Of a DNA stretch of 64,000 nt, positions 1-12,882 are shown in pieces (within the stretch, counting starts at the first letter, position 1; each line of letters starts with the position of its first letter). The translations under genes were made by a program, and so were the position numbers. Origin of the DNA: Bilabrum cf. latius (Eukaryota); NCBI GenBank assembly GCA_965178125.1, contig OZ237739.1, forward strand, positions 1,054,001 through 1,118,000, written 5' to 3'. The notes under the pieces are model-generated. The model ran no database searches. It was given only the letters and a program-made list of their open reading frames with translations, and had not been told where the DNA came from.

Positions 1-1261
1 CTACGCCATTGGTACCGTGCATAGGCCCGGTCTAGATGCTCACATCGCCATCGATCCGCATGGTGCTACCGCCCTCCAGGAGAGAGACCTGAGCCTGGGA
101 CCCGGAGTAGGTTCCGCTACGCTTCTGCGCGGCGCCGGCGGCACCGTCATCCTCGAACCAGGGCAGGGGCAGAGAGGTGCACAGCACGAGGAGAAGCAGG
201 GGGATCAGGCACCAGGGGAGTGCCCTCTCGGCGGAAGGAGAGAGCGAGCCCGCGTGGTGCAGCACCACCACGACCGTCACGAAGATTGCGGTCAGGATGA
301 CGAGTGCGTACCCTGTGGTGAGCCGGCAGGTGCCACCTGGGCCCACCTGAAGGGAGGAGGCCTCTCCCTGCCCCGCATCCTTGGCTCTGGCTTCGGCCTC
401 CTCCTCGGTGGCGCCTTGAGAGAGGGCCTGTGCCTTTGCCACGGTCGATGCCTGGCCCCCCACTAGGGCCTGGCACGCGGTTGCAAGCGCGATGAGGGCG
501 GGGGTGGAGATGGAGAGGAACCGGAGGAGGCCCGGAGCGTCGCCCTCGAAGTACCCGGCGTACACGACCGCGATCATGATGGCGGATAGGCCAAAGAAAG
601 CTTTCAGGACGCCCATAACAAGGCCGCGGTCTCGGGGGAAATTCCTGACCTGCGACATGCGAGCAGTTCGAAGCGAAGATCCAACAACAAGGTGGTGCCG
701 GTCGGGTGGCAGCAAGGGGACGCGAGTTGCGCCCGGAAGGAAGGCACCTATGTAGCGACATCACACCAATCTTTAGTTCGGTACCATCCGCCGTGTCCAT
801 CAGCTCACCTGCGTACTGATGGCGACCGTGTCGCCGCTCGACGACGCGTTTTGCCAGATGTAGGCAAAGATTGCCATGGCCACCCAGGAGTGCGAAATCC
901 CGGGGAGCTCGCTTGCTCCAGCAAACATCAAGAAGTACCCCAGGAAGGAGAACACTGTCGCATAGGCCCCTGCCACCCAGGGGCCGAATGCGTCGAAAAG
1001 CGGACCTCCTGTGAACGCAGAGGTGTAGAAGCCAACATTTCCGATGGATCCGATCGACTGAAGCTAGTGCTATGTCAGTCCTAGCTTAATTTTCAAGTCG
1101 TTGGAGTATAGCCCAAAGGCGTACGCGGATCCCGCTGCCGCTTGCATGAGGATCCCGGCCACCAGACTCAACCACCGCCTGTCGCCGCATGGTCCGGTGC
1201 GATCGCTGTAGAACCATGGTCTATACTGCTGAATTGAACTGGTCAGAGGCAAGCTGCTCAT
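1..1261 (-). CDS. Nodulin-like (NFD4/Mch1-type) MFS transporter, runs off window; exons 1261-809 and 649-<1
   Basis: Motifs RWLSLVAGILMQAAAGSAYAFGLYSNDLKIKLGLT*H*LQSIGSIGNVG and VRNFPRDRGLVMGVLKAFFGLSA; GTGAG..CAG intron 808-650; in-frame TAG at 1072-1070, 1066-1064 and 34-32. Confidence 0.85.
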
Positions 1262-1932
1262 TCGAAGCCAGTGTCTGCGATGAAGCTGAATGGAGTCACT
1301 GAGACGAATCTTGATGTTCAACACAGAAAGCAACTACTAGTTTTGGGACACTGCAGCGTCAGACTCTTACCAGACAAGACAACTTCTTGAGTAAAAGCTC
1401 GGGACGGGTCCGAAAAGGATACTGCACTGACCAGATCCGCAACAAATGGACACGGGATCGTGCAATTGTCGTCACATCGAAATGCAACACGCGCAACAGT
1501 TCTGATCCGATCGACTCGGATCTGTCGCTGTCTATGGATGCGTGAGCGGTTCGACGACACCCATGATACAAGCAAGAGCCCGTGCCTCGCTTGGGGACTC
1601 ACCGCCTGCTCGCCTTACACACACCACATACTCCGTTTACAGACTGGCACCTCCAGTTCGAACCCATATAGGCGTTAACCTGAGGTCGCGGTGGTCCCCT
1701 GTTCCCTTCCCCCTTCGCCGGTCGCAAACACCAAAGCAAAGTTGGGCCACCACTTGAACGTGCAGCAGGACAAAGAACTGGTACTAGTCTGGTGGACACC
1801 GATGTTTGCGGGGCCCACTGAGGGCATGTTGACTGCTTGAGGCCATTGCAGCAGGACTGTGAGAAGCCTGCTGGGATCAGTGCTTTCGTTCTTTCGTATC
1901 AGCGTTCGCTTATTGAATCGTTCATTTAAAGA

Positions 1933-3853
1933 TCACCACCCGAACCCGCTGCCGGCAGCCGTCGCTGCCACACCAGACACCCCCGTCGGCCGCGCTGCAT
2001 CCCCATACCCACCCCCAGCGACCCCGAAGCCCCCTCCAGCCGACCCCCCGGCACCACCCCCCGCCATGGACACCCGCACCGTAGCGGCCCCCATCTCGCC
2101 CACCTGGGCCCGGTCCTGATGACCCCCCGCGTGCGCGTCTCCGTAGAGCTTCTCCAGACACTGCCTCAAAGACTCGTCCGATCTGCCGTTGTACACGTAC
2201 TGCATCCTCAGCTTGGGGTCCTTCGTGGTCGCACAACGGATGTACTCATTGCCGGGCAGGTGCGTCTTGTGGTCGCACATGAAGCCGATGGCGGCGGGCC
2301 CCACGGCGGGCCTTCCCGCCTGCATGCACGCGAAGCACTCCACCTTGAGGTGCTTGAGGTCCATCCAGCCCGTCCTGGCCTCGTCAAAGCCAGAGCCCGC
2401 TACGTACATGCACTGCTCCGCCTGCGCCAGACCGGCAGCCGACCCGCCCGAGCTGGCCAGGCAGCTCGCGCACAGTGGTCTGTGCACGAAGCTGGTGCCC
2501 GCCGCGTGGCATGTGCTGCAGTTGCCTGTAGCGAAGCCGCCGATGGCACCCTCGGGCGGGGGCCACACTTTGCCCATGACCAGATGCACGCATGACCCGC
2601 TCGACATGCCCAGGGACCGGATGACGGTGGCATCATCCTGAGTCCTACCCCGGTACAGGATCTTCTGCCTCCAGGCAGGCATGCCCTGCGATCTCTCCAT
2701 GGCGACCTTGAGGTCCCCGATGGTGTTGTCGAGATGCACGTGCACTGTGACGGAGGCGCCGCTGAGCAGCTTGACCACGATGGACAGCATACCCGGCCCG
2801 GCCGGCCCAAGGCCTGCACCAGCACCTGCATGCCCTGCACCTGCGCCAGCCCCGAGACCGCCACTGGATGCGCCAGCTGCTGGCGCGGGTGCCGGTGCTG
2901 GCGCGGGTGCGGGTGCTGGAGCAGATGCTGGCGCAGGTGCTGGCGCTGGTGCTGGTGCGGACGTTGCAGAGTACCCGAATGCAGTGTTTGAACCGCCCAC
3001 GGTGCCGTACCCGCCAGCTCCATAGCCCCCCCCGTAGCCCACCCCGCTGCCCCCGGAGCTCCAGCCATCACCCGCCTACGCGTGCGTTCCTGCGGCGGGC
3101 GGTGCCGGCGCCGGCGAAGAAGACTTCGGTGGAGCTGTTGCCCCGTAGGTTGGCGAACTCAAAGATGGCGGACCAGATGGCGCCGAGCCGCCGTAGCCAC
3201 TGGCAGTGGCTGGCGGACCAGACGGCGCTGCTCCGCGCGAGGCGCCGCCAGTCGCGGCTGAATGCCCCGAGGCAGCCCCGAAACCAGAAGCAGAGCTACT
3301 GCCTGTAGCAGGCGTCGAGTCAGGTGCAGCGCCGCCAGTAGCAGGTGCAGCAGACGTCATCTGCGAGAACGACGGCCCGTCCTCGCCTATCTTGTCCCAG
3401 GCAGGCACAGCTCCAGAGCCGGAGTACAAGGGCTTGCCGTCACCAGCGATAGCCATGAGCGAGGAGCCCCGATGGATGCCGAGCTCTTTAAGCTTAGCCG
3501 AATCGCCGAGCTCTTTGCTGGCGAATATGAGCTTGATGTTGACATCTCTGCCGATTGCTCGCTGCGGTGTTGGGTGGAGCTACTAAATGGAGAACCCAGT
3601 GTGAGAACACGCACCTCAGCCATAAGCTTTCTTTCTTCAATAGCAGAGCCACCGCATAGACCCTGTCGTTCGCGTGAGGCTTCAGGCGGGCATGAAGTCT
3701 CCCGGTCAAACATCTTGTACCACCTGGCAAGAACGCCGCCTTGCTCACCTGTATTGCCCTTTTCAAGCCACCCGCGGTCCCATCCTCAAAATACTCGAAT
3801 GTGAATGGACTGCCACCGATGCTTTTCACCACAAGATGAGAGGTCGATGCCAT
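1933..3853 (-). CDS. Double ubiquitin-like domain protein with C-terminal Cys-rich (Parkin RING0-like) domain, copy A, ~584 aa
   Basis: Exon 1 3853-3749 (MASTSHLVVKSIGG..), intron 3748-3583, exon 2 with IKLIFASKELGDSAKLKELGI (UBL1), TAG at 3078-3076, UBL2 (IVVKLLSG..QKILYRGRTQDD..VHLV), then CxxC..CxxC..W..CxxC..CxH; ends TGA. Confidence 0.8.
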
Positions 3854-4123
3854 GCTTGATCACTGTGGATTATCCACCCTGAGCTATTTCATATCCAGAC
3901 CTTTATAACTGTACGCAACCTCAACACCAGTTCTGATAGCGTGCGCTTTTGAGGAGCATGTTGACCGCCCAGTAGGGGCTAGGAGATGCATGATTCCTCG
4001 GAGGGGTGCTTAGGTGGTTTGAGGCCATTTCTTTTATAACGGCAGGACTGTGAGAAGTCTGGCGGAATCAGTGCCTTCGTCCTTTCGCATCAGCGTGCAC
4101 TCATCCAAACCAATCTTCATGTA

Positions 4124-6040
4124 TCACCTCCCAAACCCGCTGCCGGCAGCCGTCGCTGCCACACCCGACACCCCCGTCGGCCGCGCTGCACCCCCATGCC
4201 CACCCCCAGCGACCCCGAAGCCCCCTCCAGCCGACCCCCCGGCACCACCCCCTGCCATGGACACCCGCACCGTAGCGGCCCCCATCTCGCCCACCTGGGC
4301 CCGGTCCTGATGACCCCCCGCGTGCGCGTCCCCGTAGAGCTTCTCCAGACACTGCCTCAAAGACTCGTCCGATCTGCCGTCGTACACGTACTGCATCCTC
4401 AGCTTGGGGTCCTTCGTGGTCGCACAACGGATATACTCATTGCCGGGCAGGTGCGTCTTGTGGTCGCACATGAAGCCGATGGCGGCGGGCCCCACGGCGG
4501 GCCTTCCCGCCTGCATGCACGCGAAGCACTCCACCTTGAGGTGCTTGAGGTCCATCCAGCCCGTCCTGGCCTCGTCAAAGCCAGAGCCCGCTACGTACAT
4601 GCACTGCTCCGCCTGTGCCAGACCGGCGGCCGACCCGCCCGAGCTGGCCAGGCAGCTCGCACACAGTGGTCTGTGTACGAAGCTGGTGCCCGCCGCGTGG
4701 CATGTGCTGCAGTTGCCTGTAGCGAAGCCGCCGATGGCACCCTCGGGCGGGGGCCACACTTTGCCCATGACCAGATGCACGCATGACCCGCTCGACATGC
4801 CCAGGGACCGAATGACGGTGGCATCATCCTGAGTCCTGCCCCGGTACAGGATCTTCTGCCTCCAGGCAGGCATGCCCTGCGATCTCTCCATGGCGACCTT
4901 GAGGTCCCCGATGGTGTTGTCGAGATGCACGTGCACTGTGACGGAGGCGCCGCTGAGCAGCTTGACCACAATGGACAGCATACCCGGCCCGGCCGGCCCA
5001 AGGCCTGCACCAGCACCTGCATGCCCTGCACCTGCGCCAGCCCCAAGACCGCCACTGGATGCGCCAGCTGCTGGCGCGGGTGCCGGTGCTGGCGCGGGTG
5101 CGGGTGCTGGCGCAGGTGCTGGCGCAGGTGCTGGCGCTGGTGCAGGTGCTGGTGCGGACGTTGCAGAGTACCCGAATGCAGTGTTTGAACCGCCCACGGT
5201 GCCGTACCCGCCAGCTCCATAGCCCCCCCCGTAGCCCACCCCGCTGCCCCCGGAGCTCCAGCCATCACCCGCCTACGCGTGCGTTCCTGCGGCGGGCGGT
5301 GCCGGCGCCGGCGAAGAAGACTTCGGTGGAGCTGTTGCCCCGTAGGTTGGCGAACTCAAAGATGGCGGACCAGATGGCGCCGAGCCGCCGTAGCCACTGG
5401 CAGTGGCTGGCGGACCAGACGGCGCTGCTCCGCGCGAGGCGCCGCCAGTCGCGGCTGAATGCCCCGAGGCAGCCCCGAAACCAGAAGCAGAGCTACTGCC
5501 TGTAGCAGGCGTCGAGTCAGGTGCAGCGCCGCCAGTAGCAGGTGCAGCAGACGTCATCTGCGAGAACGACGGCCCGTCCTCGCCTATCTTGTCCCAGGCA
5601 GGCACAGCTCCAGAGCCGGAGTACAAGGGCTTGCCGTCACCAGCGATAGCCATGAGCGAGGAGCCCCGATGGATGCCGAGCTCTTTAAGCTTGGCCGAAT
5701 CGCCGAGCTCTTTGCTGGCGAATATGAGCTTGACATTTGCGTCCCTGCCGATTGCTCGCTGCGGTGTTGGGTGGAGCTACTAAATGGAGAACCCAGTGTG
5801 AGAACACGCACCTCAGCCATAAGCTTTCTTTCTTCAATAGCAGAGCCACCGCATAGATCCTGTCGTTCGCGTGAGGCTTCAGGCGGGCATGAAGTCTCTC
5901 GGTCAAATACCTCGCAAGAACGTCGCCTTGCTCACCTGTATTGCCCTTTTCAAGCCACCCGCGGTCCCATCAACAAGGTACTCGAATGTGAATGGACTTC
6001 CACCGATGCTTTTCACCACAAGATGAGAGGTCGATGCCAT
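4124..6040 (-). CDS. Double ubiquitin-like domain protein, copy B
   Basis: Near-identical to copy A; exon 1 6040-5936, intron 5935-5780, TAG at 5275-5273, ends TGA. Confidence 0.8.
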
Positions 6041-6155
6041 GCTCAATCAGATCAGGGTGTAGTGGCCCGAGATCCTAGAGGTGGCTAGATCAAATAACTA
6101 GACCCTTTAATATATTGCGTATTCTAAATATACAAAGATCGACCTACTTGGTATT

Positions 6156-6237
6156 GACAGCATGCCAGAGTGGTTATTGGGATTGACTCGAAATCAATTG
6201 GGCTTCGCCCGCGCAGGTTCGAATCCTGCTGCTGTCG
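6156..6237 (+). tRNA. tRNA-Ser(CGA)
   Basis: Acceptor GACAGCA/TGCTGTC with discriminator G; anticodon stem ATTGA/TCAAT with CGA at 6189-6191; long variable arm GGGCTTCGCCC; T-loop GTTCGAATC; followed by T5 Pol III terminator at 6239-6243. Confidence 0.95.
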
Positions 6238-6380
6238 CTTTTTAGCCTTCTGCCCCCCAACCCCTTCGGCACTCATTTATGCCGATCCGTCGATCCAATA
6301 TGATCCAGGGGTGTATTCTTGCGAAGTTTGAGTCGATCAGTAGTAACTTTTGAACTAGTCGAAGCTTGTGGGTGTGAATT

Positions 6381-8881
6381 ATGCGACGGATTCCACCGTC
6401 AGATGACAGAATTCGATCGATTGCCGTTTCAGCCCTTTCGAAGAATCACGATCGTGCGAGTGGTGGGCGGCAGATCAACCCCCAACATGTGCGTTAGTTT
6501 AAAAAATCTACGCTCAAATCTCCAGGCGGCGAGGACGCCGCCCACCTGCGATTGAGCCATGTCCCAGGAACCACCAGTCGAAGCCTGCCGAGGCTTCCTG
6601 GTGATGGACAGCATCCGAGAGATGCCAAGTCCAAGCACGCAGCCAATGCATTTACCACGGGCCGTTCAGTCATCGCTGCGACTTTTGGGGGGCGTAACAG
6701 CACCGACGGCTGGAACCGCACGAACCGACCACGCACTGCTGGCACAGTTGGAAGACGGGATCAATCGAAAGGCAAGCAGCGATATGTTCTGCGTGGGCGC
6801 CGCGGCTCTACAGCAGGAGAGCAAGCCGCGATGGGAGTGCTGCTTGGCGGTGCCGTGCGGTCGTATCGCGGGCGAGCACTGCAGCTGGGAGCAGGTGCTT
6901 AGGATAAATCGAGAATAGACAGCTTGGAGGAGCTGGGGCCCGTGTTGCCGCTGAATGGCCACCCAAACCGGGCGGGCCGGGAGCAGGAAGGGCATGGTGC
7001 ACGCGGCTCAGGCGTGTCTCCGACAAAGGAAGGCGATCTCCTCCACTCGCAGCCCGTTGGCCGACATGATGCGGGCGCCGAGATGCCGGGAGGTGCGCGA
7101 CACGCTGCCCCCCCTCACCTCTCGCAACGCGAGGACCCGCCAGTGACGCTACGACGCTCTCACTCGGAATCAAAATGGAGCGCCAGCGAGCGGCAGGCAC
7201 TGGTTGCAACCCGTCAGCGCCGTGCCACAGGGGGCGATAGCTGGGCTGCTGGTCAACACGCCTCCTCTCGCGCCACATCTGCAAGCACTCCGCGCCTTCA
7301 TAGCCATGCCATGCCAGGCTATGCCACCACTACTGATGCTGCCACCAGGGCCAGGTCAGGGCTTCCCCCCATGTCCCCGCTGCGACGAGGGGAATTCCCC
7401 TCCCCGGTGCGGGGGGCATACCGGGGGGCTCTCCAAGTGGGCGGCGTGCGGGCGGCGGCGAGGGACGCCCGCGCCATCCTGGGCGAGCTGGCATACCTAT
7501 TCACCTCAGCGGGCGCAGAGGGCCAGAGGCGAGACCAGGCGGCGCGAGTGGTGCAGCGGGCGATCAGGAGTGCGCTGGACCGGTGGAAGCTGGAGGAGAA
7601 GGCGGGGGGCCTGCTCGCCGTGATCGGCAAGACATCCAAGGTGATAAGGAGGCTGCAGCAGATCCGAAGACACGCGGCGAGGTGGCACGACAGGTGGCTT
7701 CAGGCCGACACGTTCTAGAGGTGGGCGGAAGCAGCGGGTACCAACCAGACGAGGCGCCGCGCGCAGAGGAGGGAGGCCACCAGGATGTTCCGCAGGGCGG
7801 TCGGGCGCGGGATCGGATCGGCTGCCTTGCGCGCCTGGCTCGCCGTCGCGACAGGCCCACGGTCGCGCCGGGCCGTGCAGGCACGGCATGCGGCCGCGCT
7901 GGAAGAGGCGCGCGAGGAACTCACCGCGGAGAGGAAAGCCGCCCTGCAGGCAGTGGCGAGAGCGGAGGAACAGCAGAGGCTAGAGGCGTCGGAGCTCGCC
8001 CAGGAAGTGGAGAAAGCCAGGCAAATGGCGGTGGTGGCCAGGGCCGCTGTCCGGACGGCGGGAGGGTCGGGCGCGCGCTCACCCCCTTCTTCTTCTCCTT
8101 CTCCCCCCTCGTCGGTGTTGTTGCCATCCCTGCCAGCATCAACCTCCTAGACGTAGGCTGGTAGTCAGGTGGCCGGGAAAGGAAGGAACTGGGCTTCCAC
8201 AGAGGGGTTCGGTGTGGGTCCTCCCGCAGCCGCGAGCAGCAGCGGGGGAGGGCGAGGAGGAGGAAGCTCGCCCGGTGTGTCGACACCCGTGTCGCCCACC
8301 CGCCTGCAGAACCTCGACAGCGCCATGGACGCATTTGACGCGGCCAAGGCCAGGGCGAGGGCATACCGGCTGTCATCCAGGGCCGCTGTGGATCGGTTGA
8401 GGGCGAGCGTGCCAGTGGTGGACAACGAGTCAGTGAGGCGGCGCTGGGCACTCCGCACAGAGGCCGCGGCACGGGTGCAACTGGCGCAGGCAACACTAAG
8501 GAAACCACTCGCCGCCTGGTTCCATTGTACCGTGCAGTTTCGCAGGGGGTAGGCAGATCGTGCAAGGAGGCATCACGAGCGGGTGATGATGTCCCGCACC
8601 CTGCACCGCATGGCGGAATGGACGCGCAGGCGGACTGCACTGCCAACCGTGGCGGCGGCGGTGGCCGACAGCCACTCCCGGGCCCGGTCCCGCGCGAACG
8701 TGTCTAGGTTCCTGCGACAGTCGGATGCCGCGGCGCGCATCATGCGCAGCGACGATGAGGCGGCTCAGTACCTTCTCGGCCTGCCCCGTGCAGTGCGCCA
8801 GGAGGTGGCTCAGCACTGGGCCCAGTCAAGTGGGAGCAGGGCTTTGGTGAGGGCTGCCATGCGGGTGATGGCAGGCGTGGG

Positions 8882-8913
<32 letters not shown>

Positions 8914-11900
8914 CTGGTGAGGGGGTGTCGGGTGAGGGATACGATGGTGTGGAGGGAGAAGGTGCAGGCACGCAAAGCACTGGCACTGGCACAGGCCCAC
9001 GATCCACGCGAGGTGGTGCGCCCGGGCCCCCTGGCAAGAAGCCAGTGAAGCCCATGAAGCCAGGCGAGCGCAGTGGCAGGAGGAGGCCCCGCAGGATGTC
9101 CCAGGTCAAGGCAGCAGAAGCGGCGCGGCTCGCTGCACTGCGACGGCCGGGTGCTGCCAGAGGCACGCACCCAGGAAACCAAGGTGGCAAGAGTGGAGCT
9201 GGAACTGTGGGTGGTTCGGATCCATAGTCCACGTTCGGCACGGGCGTGTTCACTCCCGGGATCAATCCCCGGCTAGCTCTGGCCTTCCGGCAGTGGCGCC
9301 TGCAGATGCGGTGCTTCTTGCCTTGGAAGCTGCACGCCAGGAAGTGCCGAGCTGCCCGGCGGTTGCGTGCCAGGGTCATGCACAGGTGCGGGCTCCGGGC
9401 CATCGCAGGGTGGCGCATGGTGGCCGCTGAGCAGCGGCAGAAGAGGGTCGCGGCGGTGAAGCTGTGGAGATCCATCAGCCACAACATTCGGGTGGCGCCG
9501 TTCCGGGCCTGGGCAAAGTACACACAGCAAAGGAGGCTTGTCAAGGCCAGGCTGAACGGGCGGCAGGCCATGGCTATCGCCTTCCTGCGTCGGTCTAAGC
9601 AGCGACGGCTGTTCCGAGGGTGGCTCAATGCCATCCAGGATGTCCGCAGGCGGCGGGAAGACGAGAGGCAGCGACGCGCCGAGCAGGGAGCAGCAGCGGC
9701 GGGCGCGGGCGATACCCGAGCTGGTGACGGTCGAGATGGTGGCAGTGTGCCCGCCCATGGGACGACCGATGATCAGCTGCTGGGTCGTACCACAGCCGGG
9801 GGAAGCCCATCGGGTACATCTGCCCAGGATCTTTGGAAACACAACGGAGAGGAGAACGCGCTCCAGCGGAACCCAGCCGGGCACCCGAAGGGAAGAAAGT
9901 CGAGGCGCCACAGCCTCGCAGCGACTGGGATGCCCGCGGTCATGGACGAAGTCACGTCGGGGGGATGGAGCGAGGCATTCCACCGCGACATGGATGCAGT
10001 GCTCGACGGCCCATTGGGCAGCGGCGACGGCAGCGCATCGCGCAGAAATGGCGCTCGGAGGCTGTCTTGGGCGGAATCGAGGGACGCCAACGAAGGCATG
10101 CGCAAGTCAGACATCCTGGCCATCCATCGCCGGCTGAAGAAATCGTCCAAGCTGCTGGCAGAGGCCGCTCGGGGGCTCAAGGAGCAGTGCAGCGACCTTG
10201 AAGCTGGGCTCGACACTGCCACCAAGGGATGGCGACTGGCCGCCAAGCGATCCAGGTCTAAGGACGTGTCGGTGATTGTCGGAGCGCTGGAGAATGCGCA
10301 CCTGCGCGCCGCAGTGGTGCACCTGAGCCGGGTGCTGGAGGAGGTGGGGAGGGTGCATCCTGGCACGGTGCGGCGGCTGAAGGAGTTGGTGTGGGAAGAA
10401 GCGCAGGCAGAGGCGCGTGAGATGGAGTTGAAGGCAGCTTAGGAACGACAGCGAATGCAGGGCACCACAGGGAAAGGCTCTTTGGCAGTGGCAGGCAGAG
10501 AGAGGGGCGTGAATCGATCTAGCGCGGGCATGGGTGAGCCATTGGCTGTCGGCCTGCAGCCAGACCCGCGATGGATCGAGGCAGAGATCGGCGGAGGTAG
10601 TCCTTCTCGTGGGCACAGCTCCAGGCCCATGCAAGACATTGGGGACAGCGGAAGTGAGGGGGATGAGCACGGCAGCGGGGCTCGTCCCTCTGAGGGGTCT
10701 GCTGGCTCGGGCGCTGCGCTCGTCCATCTGGGTCAGGCCGCGCGTGACTTGGCCGCGGGCGGACTGCAGGTGAGAGAATATGGTCCTCGAGACAAGCGAC
10801 GAGCTGGAAGGAATGTTAAGCATGGTGTGTCGGTCGGCAGCTTGGTGGGCGGCGAGCCAATGGCATCTAGGGGGGCGCTGACGGCTGCTGCTGGTGCTCT
10901 GGTCCGCAGGCTGCACCTTGCGACTCACCACACTGCAGGTGCCATGAGCGTGGGAGACGATGCGTTCGGAGACATCGAGGAGCTGCTCGAGGATGAACTA
11001 GAGGCCGGGATGCAATCGGGCGGCGATGATGCTGGCGCATTGGATGGCGCAGCGACGACGGCTTCCAAAGCTCCTGCCTCTACTCGAAGGGCTCGCACTT
11101 CGGCAGAGGAGGTACAGAGACTGACTGCTGCCGCTAGAGAACAAGCCAGGCGACTGCGGGAAGCTCTGGCGAAGCTGTCCATCGAGCTGCCCCAAGCAGG
11201 GAAGAAACCATCGGGGGACGACAGCGGCAATGGAATCGCCACTGGAACCGCGAGTTCGGGGAATATCTCCAAGGACAACGCATTGCCAGAACCAGCTGAT
11301 GGCAAGGCGCATGGATTCGAGGACGACGGCCGGGCCGGGCTAGACCCGGCCTCCCTGGAGCAAATCGCCGCTGCACTCAGGACTGGCCGCCTCGCTGCAC
11401 GGCCCGCGCCCATGGCCGGGCTGGCTGGGACACTTGCCCGCTCGCAGCAGTGGGAATGGCTCGCAGTGGCCAAGGCCGGGCCGCTCCTGCTGGGCGGGTG
11501 GGACGAGGGGGGTCGATTCGGAGCCGGAATGCACGAGCCGGCACCCGCCGCCCTTCGGACGGCCATGGAGCTGGTCCGTGGTGTGCAAGGAGGAGACAGC
11601 GCGCGTGATGGTGATGATGCTGGTGCTGTTGGGAGGGGCTCAGCTGGAGAGGCTCGAGAGGATGCATCAGGGAACAATCCAGGGAACAAATTAGGAGCTG
11701 GTGTTGGACACGCGCCCACGGTGCTAGGTGCGATCGGGCCTCGAGCGGGCTTTGCTGAGGAGGGAGCCAGCGGCAGGGGCGGAGGGATCGGTAGGGGTGC
11801 GTTTGCGTGTGCTGGGTCTGCTCGTGATGCGCAATTGGGGGCGAGGTAGGAGCCTGGTGCGGGTGCGGGTGCGGCCAGGAGCAGGAGCAGGAGCAGGCTG

Positions 11901-12314
11901 GCCTCTGGGGATTCCCGAGGGTGGCGGCAGGAAGAGGACGATGGGGATGCCGTGCATAGAGCGGGTGAATGGGGAGGTGGCGATGTATCGCACGGTGGTG
12001 CATCGAGGCGGGCTCTCTCGAAGCTGTACCGCATCAGTGGCGGGGGCCGGCTGGACCTATCCGGGAGGACGGCACGGGCAGATGCCGACTTTTCAGAAAT
12101 GGGTCTCGGCGATGGTGAAGGCGATACTAACGGTGATGATGACAGGGCTGGTGCTGGCGCAGCGAAACTGAGCGGCAAGGCCAACTCGGGCGGTCGTCGG
12201 TTGCTGCCAGCTGACGGGACGCAGCGTGGTCGAGGCAGGCACAAGCGGGTCCGACCGAACGATATCGCGGGGGTGAAGCCAGTCGACGTGCTGATGGGAC
12301 GGGCTAGGCATTGA
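6381..12314 (+). CDS. SFI1-like (putative centrin-binding) repeat protein, ~1977 aa
   Basis: Single frame joined over 9 TAGs (6495, 6900, 7716, 8148, 8154, 8550, 9225, 10440, 11847), ends TGA; periodic basic F/L-x-x-W motifs (F*RW, LRAW, LAAW, FRQW, IAGW, FRAW, FRGW). Confidence 0.6.
8883..8912 (+). repeat. (GAT)10 microsatellite encoding poly-Asp
   Basis: Read directly; in frame within the SFI1-like CDS. Confidence 0.9.
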
Positions 12315-12452
12315 GCTACATGATACGGCGCGGCTGAATCATTTTCGCCTACATTCGCATTCGTCCGTCCACTCGCGGGTGCGTGCCGGTGGCATTTGCA
12401 TGTGACGAGCTGGACACTTACCAACATTACTGAGCATTTTCAGCCGTTTGCT

Positions 12453-12857
12453 ATGGCCAGTGCGAAAAAAGATCCACGCATTTTATTTGTTGGTGGAATA
12501 CCTAGCGATCCAGCGTCGAGCGGTATCGCGGTTGACCCAGAGATCTCTCCAGGCGTGATTTTGGAGAAGCTTCTTGCGCAGCTATTTGCACCGTTTGGGC
12601 CTGTGTCATCCACCCAGGTTCCGATGGATAGTTCGACAGGAAAGCCTAGAGGATTTGGGTTTGTGACATTCGAGGAGGAAGAGGATGCGGAGGATGCCGT
12701 CGAGAACATGGAAGGTGCTGAGTTCTATGGTAGGACCTTGCATGTCGGCGTGGCGCGGCCTAATCAGGCTGGTATGGGGGATGATACCGACACATATTCG
12801 AAAGGAGGGGCTCTTGATGCGGCACGCAAGGGCAGTGCGGACGGAAAGGGCAGATAA
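12453..12857 (+). CDS. Stand-alone RRM protein resembling the cyclophilin E (PPIE) RRM
   Basis: RNP2 ILFVGGI, RNP1 RGFGFVTF, PFG..QVPMD..TGKPRG..AVENMEGAEFYGRTLHV; ends TAA. Confidence 0.85.
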   Translation: MASAKKDPRILFVGGIPSDPASSGIAVDPEISPGVILEKLLAQLFAPFGPVSSTQVPMDSSTGKPRGFGFVTFEEEEDAEDAVENMEGAEFYGRTLHVGVARPNQAGMGDDTDTYSKGGALDAARKGSADGKGR

Positions 12858-12882
12858 CGCGCACTTTAGCGACAAATGTACT

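Larger units (their letters stand above)
1851..6043. repeat. Tandem direct duplication, ~2.19 kb period, each unit holding one UBL gene
   Basis: 1851-3855 and 4042-6043 are near-identical, with scattered substitutions and a 2-codon difference in the Pro-Ala tract. Confidence 0.95.

Noticed and set aside
6156-6237. tRNA as the UAG-decoding suppressor
   Set aside because: The anticodon is CGA with a Ser-type long variable arm, not CTA. No tRNA(CUA) was seen in this window.
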